A stretch of DNA of 64,000 bases from Verrucomicrobiales bacterium (GTDB lineage Bacteria > Verrucomicrobiota > Verrucomicrobiia > Verrucomicrobiales > DEV007), in assembly GCA_029213265.1 (NCBI GenBank), contig JARGNG010000016.1:39295-103294 (forward strand), written 5' to 3'. Numbering within the stretch: position 1 is the first letter of the stretch; each line of letters opens with the position of its first letter. The notes under the pieces are model-generated. The model did not search any database. It was given only the letters and a program-made list of their open reading frames with translations, and was not told the DNA's origin. Positions 31,685-40,748 of the stretch are shown here, piece after piece. The translations under genes were made by a program, and so were the position numbers.

Positions 31685-34195
31685 TCCAAAAGCATTAGCA
31701 GTGCGATTGATGCGTCCTACGAATTGCCGTGGATGACGCGGATCATCACCGGGTTTGATTCGGGAGCGAACGAGAGAGAGGGACGGTTTGATATTTTCTT
31801 TCCGGTATTCAGCAAGGAGAACACCCTTTTCTTCCTTTACCCCCGGGTGGGATGGGCAAGTGACTCAGATGGTGCGATCAGCCTCGGGGCCGGTGCGCGA
31901 ACGTACCTTCCGGAGATGGATGCTATTCTCGGATTGAACCTATTCTACGATAACTACGAGAGTCAGTTCGGAAATCGATTCAGCCAGTTGGGAATCGGAT
32001 CGGAATTTTTGACCGAGAATTTCGATTTCCGCTTTAACTATTATCTTCCGGAAGGCGGGCAACGCGAGGCGCGGAATATCAATGTAGCAAACTCGTTCAC
32101 CGCAAATCAAACCTCTTTCGGAACCCCTTTTGCGAACCAAAACAGCATTTTTCAGCGTCGGACAGTTCGTACTCAGGCTGGATCTTTGAATCAACTGTTC
32201 CGCAGCACGGAAGAGGCGATGAGCGGATTGGATACCGAGGCGGGATTTAGGGTGCCCTACATGGAAGATTTGGTTCCCGGCGAGATTCGCGTTTATGGTG
32301 GTCTCTATTCCTTCGATAATCCGTTTGGAGGTGACCTTGAGGGGGGGAAGGCCCGGGCTGAATGGCGCCTTTCGCAGAAGCTTGCATTGGAAACGGCGTG
32401 GTATGAAGACGCGGAGGTGCTGGGCGACAACTGGACGTTCGGATTCCGCCTGAGTCTTCCGATTGAAGACGGGCCGAACGGTCTTCGCGAAACCTTTGCC
32501 GGGATCTTTCAGGATAAGCAGCCGACTCGGCGCCGTCCTACCTACGGGGCGATTGGAAGCCAGGTTTTTGCAAGCTCCAGTAGCAGTGTGATAGACCGGA
32601 TGACGGAAGAGATCAATCGAACGCACCGGGTTCTTACCAGTGAAAGCGAATTCAAAGAAGATGTTGCGGCTCGTCAACTTGTTCTCGGAGACGTTACGAG
32701 GCGATCCCGAGTGCAGGAGGTCCACGACGATATCGTGTTTGTTCAAAACGAAACGGGAAAAGCGACGGCTGCTCCTGCCGAGGGAACCTCAGAGAATCCT
32801 GTCGATACCATTCAGGAAGGAGTTGATCTGGCATCCACGCAGTTTGGCGAGAACGGGCAGGTAATTGTGAATGGAGATTTCGGAGACTATGCCGAAGATG
32901 TGACTGTCGATCAGAACAGTGTCAAAATTTGGGGAGGGAAGCTTGGGATTCCAGTCAATGGGGGTAAGCGATTCACCTTTGGTTCCGCGAGACCGAATCT
33001 GGATGGAACCTTCGCATTCGACGGGGTTGCTTCCGCACGTGTCAGTGGATTCCACATTTCGAACGACAGTAGCTCTGCCGGAATTGAAGTTACCGACGTG
33101 AAGTCGCTAGTCATTACCGACAATGAAATTACCGAAACCGACGGAGGAGTTGAGATTGATTTCAGTGATGGTGGATTTGATATGACATTCACCATCGACA
33201 ACAATTTTATCCACGAGAACGACGGGGAAGGGATTTATTTTGAGCCTTCTGGAGACGATGAAACCATCACGGGTGTCATCAGTAATAATACGATATCAGA
33301 TAACGACGAAGGCTTTTACGCCTATGTTGAGGACTATGATGTAAACGCCACTTTCTCGGTATTCGGAAACACGTTTTCAGGAAATAGCGTAGGAGTTTAT
33401 CTTGAAGGGTATGACATGGATGAAGCGAATCAGACCGTGAAGCTTGACGTCCGGGACAATACCTTCATCGATCAGAGTGATACCGCGGTCTACGTGAACT
33501 ACGGGGATGCTGACAATGACGGCTCCTTCGATGTGGATGTAACGATGGAAGTTGTAGGAAACACCTTCATGGGGAATGACTATGATGTTTATTTCGACGT
33601 TGGATCCGACAGTAGTGGCGACGACACGAGCTACACCTGGAATGTTGATGTGATTGGGAATTCCTTCTCTGACACAGGATCGGATTCGGTCTGGATCGGG
33701 ATTTCCGATGACTACGATGGAAGCGACATCGCCACGGAGTGGAACATTGATGTCAGCAAAAACAGCTTCGAAACGGTCGGGAATACTGCGATCACCGTCG
33801 ATATAACGGATGGAGAGTATGACGACTTTGAAGTGTATTTGAGTATCACGGACAACTCGATTTCAGATGCAGGTCAAGATGGTATCAATGTGGAAATCAC
33901 TGACACCGATGGCGCATCAAATGCCGTAATCGAAGCAGTCGTAGCCGGGAATTCTATCCTGAATGTATCAGACACGGGAATTGATATTCTTTTTGGTGAT
34001 GTGGAAGACAGTTCCCTCATCTTCGGAGGTAATTTGGTCGATGGAGCCGCTTTCGGGATCGAAATCGATGGGTATGACACAGCAATTGACGATGGGGTAT
34101 TCGGAAATAATCTCGTAAGCGATACCGATGATGGAGATTTCAGCATCAATGATGTGGATGGAACCGTTCTCATCAATGGCTCGGAAGAGCCGTAG
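31673..34195 (+). CDS. Inverse-autotransporter beta-barrel + acidic right-handed beta-helix passenger; signal peptide missing
   Basis: LGAGARTY, ILGLNLFYD, QLGIGSEF, FRFNYYLP, AMSGLDTEAG, GGKARAEWR barrel motifs; repeated I.DN/I.GN beta-helix units. Confidence 0.75.
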   Translation, partial: EEPSSKSISSAIDASYELPWMTRIITGFDSGANEREGRFDIFFPVFSKENTLFFLYPRVGWASDSDGAISLGAGARTYLPEMDAILGLNLFYDNYESQFGNRFSQLGIGSEFLTENFDFRFNYYLPEGGQREARNINVANSFTANQTSFGTPFANQNSIFQRRTVRTQAGSLNQLFRSTEEAMSGLDTEAGFRVPYMEDLVPGEIRVYGGLYSFDNPFGGDLEGGKARAEWRLSQKLALETAWYEDAEVLGDNWTFGFRLSLPIEDGPNGLRETFAGIFQDKQPTRRRPTYGAIGSQVFASSSSSVIDRMTEEINRTHRVLTSESEFKEDVAARQLVLGDVTRRSRVQEVHDDIVFVQNETGKATAAPAEGTSENPVDTIQEGVDLASTQFGENGQVIVNGDFGDYAEDVTVDQNSVKIWGGKLGIPVNGGKRFTFGSARPNLDGTFAFDGVASARVSGFHISNDSSSAGIEVTDVKSLVITDNEITETDGGVEIDFSDGGFDMTFTIDNNFIHENDGEGIYFEPSGDDETITGVISNNTISDNDEGFYAYVEDYDVNATFSVFGNTFSGNSVGVYLEGYDMDEANQTVKLDVRDNTFIDQSDTAVYVNYGDADNDGSFDVDVTMEVVGNTFMGNDYDVYFDVGSDSSGDDTSYTWNVDVIGNSFSDTGSDSVWIGISDDYDGSDIATEWNIDVSKNSFETVGNTAITVDITDGEYDDFEVYLSITDNSISDAGQDGINVEITDTDGASNAVIEAVVAGNSILNVSDTGIDILFGDVEDSSLIFGGNLVDGAAFGIEIDGYDTAIDDGVFGNNLVSDTDDGDFSINDVDGTVLINGSEEP

Positions 34196-34234
34196 ATCCT
34201 GACCTCAATCTTTGGGATAGCATCTTCGTCATGG

Positions 34235-35146
34235 ATGAGTAGGCTTCAAGGTATGCCGTCCCTCTTTCTCCGCCTTCTGTGGATTCAGACAATCTTGATA
34301 CTATTTTCTCCGGCGGATGCGTCGGCGGAAAAATCTTTCCAATTGGTCGAATGGAAGGATGAATTGTTCCAAATTCCTAAGGTCCTCGAATCGAGACACG
34401 AGGGAGACTTCCTCATTCTCGACTATCGCTCGGCGCGGGACATCAACGGTCGGGATGCGGTCCCGGAGAAGCAGGCGCTGCCGGAGCGGGTCTTCCTCGA
34501 AATCAATTCGCAGCAGCAGGATACCAGGCTGAAAACGAAGTCCGGAGTGATCAAGCATTTCGCGGTGGGAAAAACCGAGGGAGCTTCGATTATTGTCATC
34601 TACCTGCACGGCAAAGGGGGAAGCCGGGACCAGGGTGTCGACGATGGGACTTTTGGCGGCAATTTTAACCGCATTAAGAATCTGGCGGTTCGGAGCGGCG
34701 GCCTCTATCTCTCTCCGGACATCGCCAGCTTTACAGGGCGGGGCGCCCGGCAGATTCATGCGATGCTGATGCACTATGCGGCGCAATCGCCGAATGCAAA
34801 AATCATTCTGTCCTGTGGCTCGGCCGGCGGGCGGATTTGTTATCAGCTGGCCCGAAAGGAAGATCTTGTTCCGCGGCTGGGCGGGATCGTATTTCTCGGT
34901 TCCTTTCCGGATAGTCCCTTTATCGGATCCGATGCCTGGAAAGCGCGGGTTCCCATCTACATCGGTCACGGGAGTCGGGACTGGGTTTCCTACCTTTCCA
35001 AAATGGAAGCGCTCTACCTGCAGATCCGGGAGCGGAGTCCGGGCTATCCGATCAAGTTTGAGCGCTTCGAAAGCGGCACCCACGGCACCCCGATCCGTAT
35101 GATCGACTGGCGAAAAACGATCAACTGGATGCTCTCTGTGAATTGA
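34235..35146 (+). CDS. Secreted alpha/beta hydrolase-fold protein
   Basis: YLHGKGGS, SCGSAGG nucleophile elbow, IGHGSRD, GTHG. Confidence 0.75.
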   Translation: MSRLQGMPSLFLRLLWIQTILILFSPADASAEKSFQLVEWKDELFQIPKVLESRHEGDFLILDYRSARDINGRDAVPEKQALPERVFLEINSQQQDTRLKTKSGVIKHFAVGKTEGASIIVIYLHGKGGSRDQGVDDGTFGGNFNRIKNLAVRSGGLYLSPDIASFTGRGARQIHAMLMHYAAQSPNAKIILSCGSAGGRICYQLARKEDLVPRLGGIVFLGSFPDSPFIGSDAWKARVPIYIGHGSRDWVSYLSKMEALYLQIRERSPGYPIKFERFESGTHGTPIRMIDWRKTINWMLSVN

Positions 35147-35190
35147 CAGATCGAAAATTCCCCCGGATACATGAACCCTGCCTTCACCCC

Positions 35191-36000
35191 ATGAAACCCG
35201 GATCTCCGCTTTGCAAAGCCCTTCTTCTGATTCTCGTCCCCCTGATGGTGGGGACGGGGCAAAGCTTTGCCGTGACCATCGCGGGCCGCGAAATTTCCCG
35301 CGCCAATTACCGGGAGATTCAGCGGGATCGGTACTACCGCCGCACCGAAAAAACATTCAATACGGTTTTTTACAAAAAGCATTTCCAGCCGGAAGAGGGG
35401 GAGTTCGATCTGCTCGCCTACCTGGTCAAGATGGCGAAGATCTACGAGGTGCCTCCCGCGGCGGTTCTCGGGGGGATTATGGGGGAGCATTCCATGAACC
35501 AGCGGGGGACCTTCAAGCAGGCCGGCGAATCAGGGATTAATCTAATCGGGAAAAAATTTGGTAAGTCCGGCGAAGACGTCGTGAACAAATTGAACCTGAA
35601 GTTTCGGGGAGCGAACGGGGAGGCGTCCTTCGGTCCCGGGCAGATTCAGCCCTTTATTGCTTCGGCGATGGAGGCGGAGATCAAGAGGATTCGACCCGAC
35701 GCGGAGGAGGACGAAGTCGACAAATACAATTGGAAAGGCGCGATCAACATCATCTGCGCCTACATGAACTATGCCGCGAACTGGTATGAGAAGGAGGGAT
35801 TCGAGGTCCGAAATGACACTCCGCTTATGGTGACCCTGTTCAATATCGGCGAAACGGGTAGGAGCTTTGAAAAACGGGCTGCGGAAACCAAAGCGCTCGT
35901 CGACAAGGGGGAGCGCGACGGGCCCTGGCTGAACTACTTCGGATTCTGGGTCCTGAGAAATCAGAAGACACTCGAAGCGAAAATTGCGAGCGCGCCCTGA
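35191..36000 (+). CDS. DUF1402-like secreted protein (lysozyme-like motifs)
   Basis: Signal peptide; AKIYEVPPAAVLGGIMGEHSMN, SFGPGQI, TLFNIGE. Confidence 0.6.
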   Translation: MKPGSPLCKALLLILVPLMVGTGQSFAVTIAGREISRANYREIQRDRYYRRTEKTFNTVFYKKHFQPEEGEFDLLAYLVKMAKIYEVPPAAVLGGIMGEHSMNQRGTFKQAGESGINLIGKKFGKSGEDVVNKLNLKFRGANGEASFGPGQIQPFIASAMEAEIKRIRPDAEEDEVDKYNWKGAINIICAYMNYAANWYEKEGFEVRNDTPLMVTLFNIGETGRSFEKRAAETKALVDKGERDGPWLNYFGFWVLRNQKTLEAKIASAP

Positions 36001-36001
36001 C

Positions 36002-36799
36002 TCAAATTTCTACCATCGCCGGCACTGCGTTCCTGAGAAGAGAATGCAATTCTGAAGCGGCTCTGTTTCCGACTTCGATCACCTCTTCGTGATTCAGGGG
36101 CTGTCCGGAAAGTCCGGCCCCGTAGTTGGTGAGGCAGGAGAGGGCGACCACCCGCATTCCGAGAGCACGCGCCTGAATCGCTTCCGGAACGGTGGACATA
36201 CCCACGGCGTCGGCGCCGAGTGTTCGCAACATGCGGACTTCTGCGGGGGTTTCGTATTCAGGACCGTTGACCCAGGCGTAGACCCCTTCGCTCAATTTGG
36301 GAGTGCCTGCTTCTGCCGCTTCCGCTTTCAGCAGTTCGCGCAATTCGCGGGAGTAGACCTCGCTTTGGTCGATGAATTGGGAGGATCCGGTCAGGGGGGA
36401 CAGTCGGGCGAGATTGAGATGATCGGTCAACAACATCCAGCGGCCCGGTTTAAAATTGCCATTCACAATACCCGCTGCGTTGGTGAGAAGAACGGTCCGG
36501 ATTCCAAGCTGATGAAAGAGACGGATCGTGGAGGCGACCTCCTTTGCGGTCCAGCCTTCGTAGACGTGCACGCGGCCCTGGGCGATTGCGACCTCGACAC
36601 CTCCCAGGGTTCCAATGTGAAGCCTTCCCGCGTGACCTTCCACTCCACTGGCCGGAAGACGTTCGATTTCGTCGTTGTCCACGGAAACTGGACTCTCAAG
36701 GGCGTCGACAAAACCGCCCAGCCCCGATCCAAGCACGAGGCCGATCTGTGGCTTCGCTTTTCGGATCGATTCCGGAAGGGTGAACTCGGAGAAACTCAT
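36002..36799 (-). CDS. Purine nucleoside phosphorylase (PunA/XapA type)
   Basis: VLGSGLG, GHAGRL, QGRVHVYEG, GPEYETPAE, GMSTVPE. Confidence 0.93.
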   Translation of the reverse strand: MSFSEFTLPESIRKAKPQIGLVLGSGLGGFVDALESPVSVDNDEIERLPASGVEGHAGRLHIGTLGGVEVAIAQGRVHVYEGWTAKEVASTIRLFHQLGIRTVLLTNAAGIVNGNFKPGRWMLLTDHLNLARLSPLTGSSQFIDQSEVYSRELRELLKAEAAEAGTPKLSEGVYAWVNGPEYETPAEVRMLRTLGADAVGMSTVPEAIQARALGMRVVALSCLTNYGAGLSGQPLNHEEVIEVGNRAASELHSLLRNAVPAMVEI

Positions 36800-36803
36800 G
36801 CTG

Positions 36804-37736
36804 TCAGGATGGCCGGTTTTTGACCGCATCGCAAATTTCTTGATGCAACGATTCCAGTTCCGGGGTTTCGACGCCCGCTTCCCGGGCGCGACGAAGTGGC
36901 TCTCCCCAGATCGCCTCGACTTCGACCGCACTTCCCGCTTCAAAGTCGACCAGGCTGGAGGGCCGGTAGGGGCACATTTGGGCTGTGCCCTCAATATTGG
37001 CCTCGGCAAATGATGGATCGATTACCTGCTTGTAGGCGGCTGCCGCATCGATGATTTCCTGCATCAATGTGCGCGTGCGTTGGAGAAGATGAGGGTTTTT
37101 CAAAATCTGCTGCGTATCGATTCCGCCGCCGGCGATGGAGAGTCCGTTGAAAGGGATATTCCAAATCAGTTTTCTCCATCGTGCCAAACCAATATCGGGA
37201 AGCCTTCGGAAATCCAGTCCCGCTCCGGTGAAAAGATCAACGACAGCGGAGATGCGATTCGTTTCCGTGAATTCACCCATTTCCACTTTGCCGTGGGCCA
37301 GATGATGAATCACTCCCGGCTCACCACGGTTGATGCAAACAAAACAAAGTCCTCCGAGAATCGGGTTCCGAGGAAACAGAGTGTGCAGAAATTCCTCATT
37401 TCCCATCCCGTTTTGAAGCGTCAGAAGAATCGTGTCTGCTTTCAATAGCGGTGTCACCAGTTCTTCGATGAGATGATTCGAGGTCGCTTTCAAAGCAAGG
37501 ATCACCAAATCGACCGGACCGATATTCGTGGTCGAAGCGAAAGCGGACACCGGGTTCAGCACGAAGTCTCCGTCGACGCTCTTTACCGCAAGTCCTGTCT
37601 TTTGAACTGCTTCCAGATCACGCCGCATCAGAAAGGCGACGTCGTGGTGCAGAGCCAGCCTGGCACCGTAGTAGCCACCGACAGAGCCGGCTCCGACCAC
37701 GGCAATTTTTCTGATCTGGTTCTCCGAATCCTCCAT
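36804..37736 (-). CDS. panE: 2-dehydropantoate 2-reductase
   Basis: GAGSVGGYYG, LQNGMG, WRKLIWNIPFN, SSLVD...EVEAI. Confidence 0.88.
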   Translation of the reverse strand: MEDSENQIRKIAVVGAGSVGGYYGARLALHHDVAFLMRRDLEAVQKTGLAVKSVDGDFVLNPVSAFASTTNIGPVDLVILALKATSNHLIEELVTPLLKADTILLTLQNGMGNEEFLHTLFPRNPILGGLCFVCINRGEPGVIHHLAHGKVEMGEFTETNRISAVVDLFTGAGLDFRRLPDIGLARWRKLIWNIPFNGLSIAGGGIDTQQILKNPHLLQRTRTLMQEIIDAAAAYKQVIDPSFAEANIEGTAQMCPYRPSSLVDFEAGSAVEVEAIWGEPLRRAREAGVETPELESLHQEICDAVKNRPS

Positions 37737-37778
37737 CTGTTCCGTTGATACGATTTTCGACTCTGCTGCGCAACCTTC

Positions 37779-38540
37779 TTGACGAATCCTGAACAGCTCC
37801 TTGAGTGGGGCATGTCGATTGCCCGAGAGCTATTAGCTGCCACTGACGAACTGGTTACGAGCCTGCAGGGCCTGTCCTTCGCGGAACCGGTTGCCTACAC
37901 CTACAATCCTTTGGAATACGCCAGGCAGTCGCATGAGCTGTATCTGACCCGGTTTGGAGATTCCAAAAAGCGCGCGCTCATGATGGGAATGAATCCCGGT
38001 CCCTGGGGCATGGCTCAAACGGGGGTTCCCTTCGGAGAAATTCCTGCGGTCCGTGACTGGATGGGGATCTCCGCCCCGGTCAATAGACCGGATCCCGAAC
38101 ATCCCAAGCGACCGATCGTAGGGTTTGACTGCGAGAAGTCAGAGGTGAGCGGGCGTCGGCTTTGGGGGCTCTTTTCAGAAACCTATCCGAAGGCGGAGGA
38201 TTTCTTTCAGGCTCACTATGTCGTGAACTACTGCCCGCTCGTCTGGATGGAGGAGTCAGGGCGCAACCGGACTCCGGATAAATTGCCGAAAGCGGAAATG
38301 GAGCCCGTTTCGGCTGCCTGCGATCAATACGTGCAGCGCCACCTGGAGCTGTTGGAACCCGAGTTTGTCATCGGGGTGGGAGCCTTCGCGGAAACCTGCT
38401 TAAAACGGGTTTCTGAAGCGGCAGGGCTGCAACCCGAGATCGGGCGAATTCTTCATCCCAGTCCCGCCAGCCCCGCCGCGAACCGCGACTGGGCCGGAAC
38501 AGCGGCGAAGCAACTGCGCGAAATCGGTCTGTGGGAGTAG
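37779..38540 (+). CDS. SMUG1-type uracil-DNA glycosylase
   Basis: YNPLEYA, GMNPGPWGMAQTGVPFG, SEVSGRRLW, LHPSPASP. Confidence 0.92.
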   Translation: MTNPEQLLEWGMSIARELLAATDELVTSLQGLSFAEPVAYTYNPLEYARQSHELYLTRFGDSKKRALMMGMNPGPWGMAQTGVPFGEIPAVRDWMGISAPVNRPDPEHPKRPIVGFDCEKSEVSGRRLWGLFSETYPKAEDFFQAHYVVNYCPLVWMEESGRNRTPDKLPKAEMEPVSAACDQYVQRHLELLEPEFVIGVGAFAETCLKRVSEAAGLQPEIGRILHPSPASPAANRDWAGTAAKQLREIGLWE

Positions 38541-38568
38541 ACGGGGCTATGATATCGTTGCGGTCCCT

Positions 38569-39528
38569 TTGATCAAAAAGATGCCTGCCGATTCCCACAT
38601 TCTCCGTCGAGCCAGCTGGCTGTCCTTCTGGATTGGAGGATTCATGCTCGTGCTGAAATGCGCGGCCTGGTGGATGACCCGCTCCAGTGCGATCCTCAGT
38701 GATGCAGCGGAGTCGATTGTCCATGTAGCGGCCGTGGCCTTTGTCGTTTACAGCCTGCGCCTTTCCCAAAAACCTCCGGATCAGGACCACCCCTACGGCC
38801 ACGCCAAGATTTCCTTTTTCTCCGCCGGTTTTGAAGGCGGCCTGATTTCCATCGCGGGAGTTTTCATCCTTGTCCAGGCGATCCAGCAATGGATCTCCGG
38901 CATCGCACCTCACGATCTCGGTTCCGGAAGCCTGCTCGTAGCGATCGCGCTCGTGATCAACGCCTGGCTCGGTTGGTACTTGGTTCGCCTGGGCAAAAGG
39001 CATGATTCACTCATTCTCGAGGCAAATGGAAACCATGTCCTCGTCGATGCCTGGACCAGTCTCGGGATTCTCGTGGGATTGCTTCTCACCTGGCTGGCCG
39101 GTTGGCCCTGGCTGGATCCCCTCTGCGCCATCCTCGTTTCCATTCATATTCTCCGGAATGGAATCGGTCTGCTCTGGCGAAGCGCCAACGGATTGATGGA
39201 CCGGGCCGATCCGGAAATTCAGAAGTCTCTTATGGAGGTCCTCGATCGCGAAACGGAAAAATCCGGAATCTCCTGGCACCAACTCCGGCAACGACATCTC
39301 GGAGACGGGCACTGGGTGGACTTTCACCTGGTCTTTGAGGATGAAACCACGGTCCGGGATGCGCATGAAGTGGCATCGAGGATCGAGCAAGAGGTCCGCG
39401 ACGAGTTGGGAGCATCTACGGTTGTGACCAGTCATCTCGAACCTGCGGATGATCATGAGCGGATTCATGGGCATGCCCCCGGTGAGCCCGTCCCGGATCC
39501 GCTCAGTGGCCGCCCCCTCCCTGATTGA
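38569..39528 (+). CDS. Cation diffusion facilitator (FieF-like) transporter
   Basis: SDAAESIVH, HPYGHAK, ANGNHVLVD, AHEVAS. Confidence 0.92.
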   Translation: MIKKMPADSHILRRASWLSFWIGGFMLVLKCAAWWMTRSSAILSDAAESIVHVAAVAFVVYSLRLSQKPPDQDHPYGHAKISFFSAGFEGGLISIAGVFILVQAIQQWISGIAPHDLGSGSLLVAIALVINAWLGWYLVRLGKRHDSLILEANGNHVLVDAWTSLGILVGLLLTWLAGWPWLDPLCAILVSIHILRNGIGLLWRSANGLMDRADPEIQKSLMEVLDRETEKSGISWHQLRQRHLGDGHWVDFHLVFEDETTVRDAHEVASRIEQEVRDELGASTVVTSHLEPADDHERIHGHAPGEPVPDPLSGRPLPD

Positions 39529-39541
39529 TTCAATCAGTTCA

Positions 39542-39589
39542 CTATAGTAATGGATCGGAGCTTGACTTTACTATAGAGTAGTGTAAGGT
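39542..39589 (+). promoter_or_regulatory. Sigma70-like promoter overlapped by a 9-bp inverted repeat
   Basis: TTGACT (39562-67), N16, TAAGGT (39584-89); CTATAGTAA (39542-50) / TTACTATAG (39568-76) brackets the -35. Confidence 0.55.
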
Positions 39590-39609
39590 CCCCGGAGAAA
39601 AATATTCAA

Positions 39610-39819
39610 ATGGTAATACGTAGTAACAGATTTATGCAGACATCGACATCTGGTCGGTGGGAGGGCCATCGTGCCCCCATGCAACTTCTCTATCTCCGTA
39701 GTCAGTTGAATCATAGGGACCCAAATCCTGAGGATTGTTTGATTGGTAAGGAGCTGAACGCTGATTTTGGAGCGTTTTCCGACACCGGGAAGAACGAAGG
39801 GAGGGCCAGGTTTACGTAG
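39610..39819 (+). CDS. Small ORF (69 aa), possible leader of the RNA locus
   Basis: Lies between the promoter and a terminator; no recognisable family. Confidence 0.35.
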   Translation: MVIRSNRFMQTSTSGRWEGHRAPMQLLYLRSQLNHRDPNPEDCLIGKELNADFGAFSDTGKNEGRARFT

Positions 39820-39848
39820 TGAATTCGTAACAGAATTCCATGGTCGTG

Positions 39849-39879
39849 AACCCGCTCTCCGAAAGGAAGCGGGTTTTTT
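39849..39879 (+). terminator. Intrinsic terminator/attenuator ahead of the RNA array
   Basis: AACCCGCT-CTCC-GAAA-GGA-AGCGGGTT followed by TTTT. Confidence 0.8.
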
Positions 39880-39959
39880 GTTGTGTAACCCATTGAAAAT
39901 CAATGGAAAGTAGGGGCTGGAACAGGGCTGCGATACGAAAAAGAAGAACAAAAATATGA

Positions 39960-40466
39960 AAAGCCCGCCGCCAGGTGAGACTGACGACGGGCCGATGAAA
40001 GCGAAGGATCAATGGGATTGATCGCTTGCTCACGCAAGAGAAACGATAGCGTTCTATTTCAATCGGTCAAGTAAAGCAGGGCTGGTTGCCTGCTCGCCGG
40101 ACAGTTGTGTCCGGTAGTAACGAACTTCGCCTTCTATGAAAACTTTATGTAGTAAAATCTGAAGGCTTTTTGGGAGATGTGCCTGCGAAACATCGAAACG
40201 TCCGCCGGGAAAGCCTGCGGCTGTCTCACTGGAGAGGCAACGGTGTTCGTTCTTTATATGGGATGAAAATGACCGCGCAGGCTCCAGTTGAGACTGTTTG
40301 AGTCGTCCAGTGGAATTCACTGGCGACATGGTTCCGTTTTCGCTCCGGTCGCCGGAAGAGACTTAAAAGAAAAGCAGGTCTAGTCCCCTGTGGCAATCCG
40401 CCGGAAGTTGAGATGGAATTCCAGACTCTCAAAACGGCCTGAATGCGTTTTCATTTTCATCCCCAT
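39960..40466 (+). ncRNA. Large multi-domain structured RNA candidate (GOLLD-like by recollection)
   Basis: More than 10 local hairpins plus long-range helices 40119-125/40245-251, 40260-272/40451-463 (13 bp perfect) and 40334-340/40431-437. Confidence 0.65.
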
Positions 40467-40469
40467 TGC

Positions 40470-40543
40470 ATGTCGTAGCACCAGAAGTGCAGGGCAGTCT
40501 CCAAAACTGTCGCGGCCCGGGGCAGCACCGGGGCGGCTTGCCA
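40470..40543 (+). tRNA. tRNA-Trp(CCA)-like, non-canonical T-loop
   Basis: Acceptor ATGTCGT/GCGGCTT, G73, encoded CCA; anticodon loop CT-CCA-AA; T arm CCCGG-GGCAGCA-CCGGG. Confidence 0.7.
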
Positions 40544-40570
40544 TTTCTTCTCGCGGTTTTACCGCGGTAG

Positions 40571-40630
40571 AAAGTGGAAAGGTGAAAGGTTCCAATCGGA
40601 TTGGAACAGTTTTTCACTTTCCCACTTTTT
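40571..40630 (+). terminator. Long imperfect hairpin plus T-run after tRNA-Trp
   Basis: AAAGTGG/CCACTTT, GTGAAA/TTTCAC, GTTCCAA/TTGGAAC stacked stems, then T-run. Confidence 0.5.
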
Positions 40631-40748
40631 AGATGTAGCTCCGGCTATGCCGGAAGCTCGATGAAGTCGAGACGAATGAAACGGCGGTTCATCCGGGGGA
40701 GCAGCGAATCCGCCGCCTCCGGCCGGTAGGAGCATTTCGAAATCCTTT

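Noticed and set aside
40698-40705. GGAGCAGC reminiscent of the SRP RNA helix 8 loop
   Set aside because: The partner CAGG motif and GNRA-capped stem are missing.
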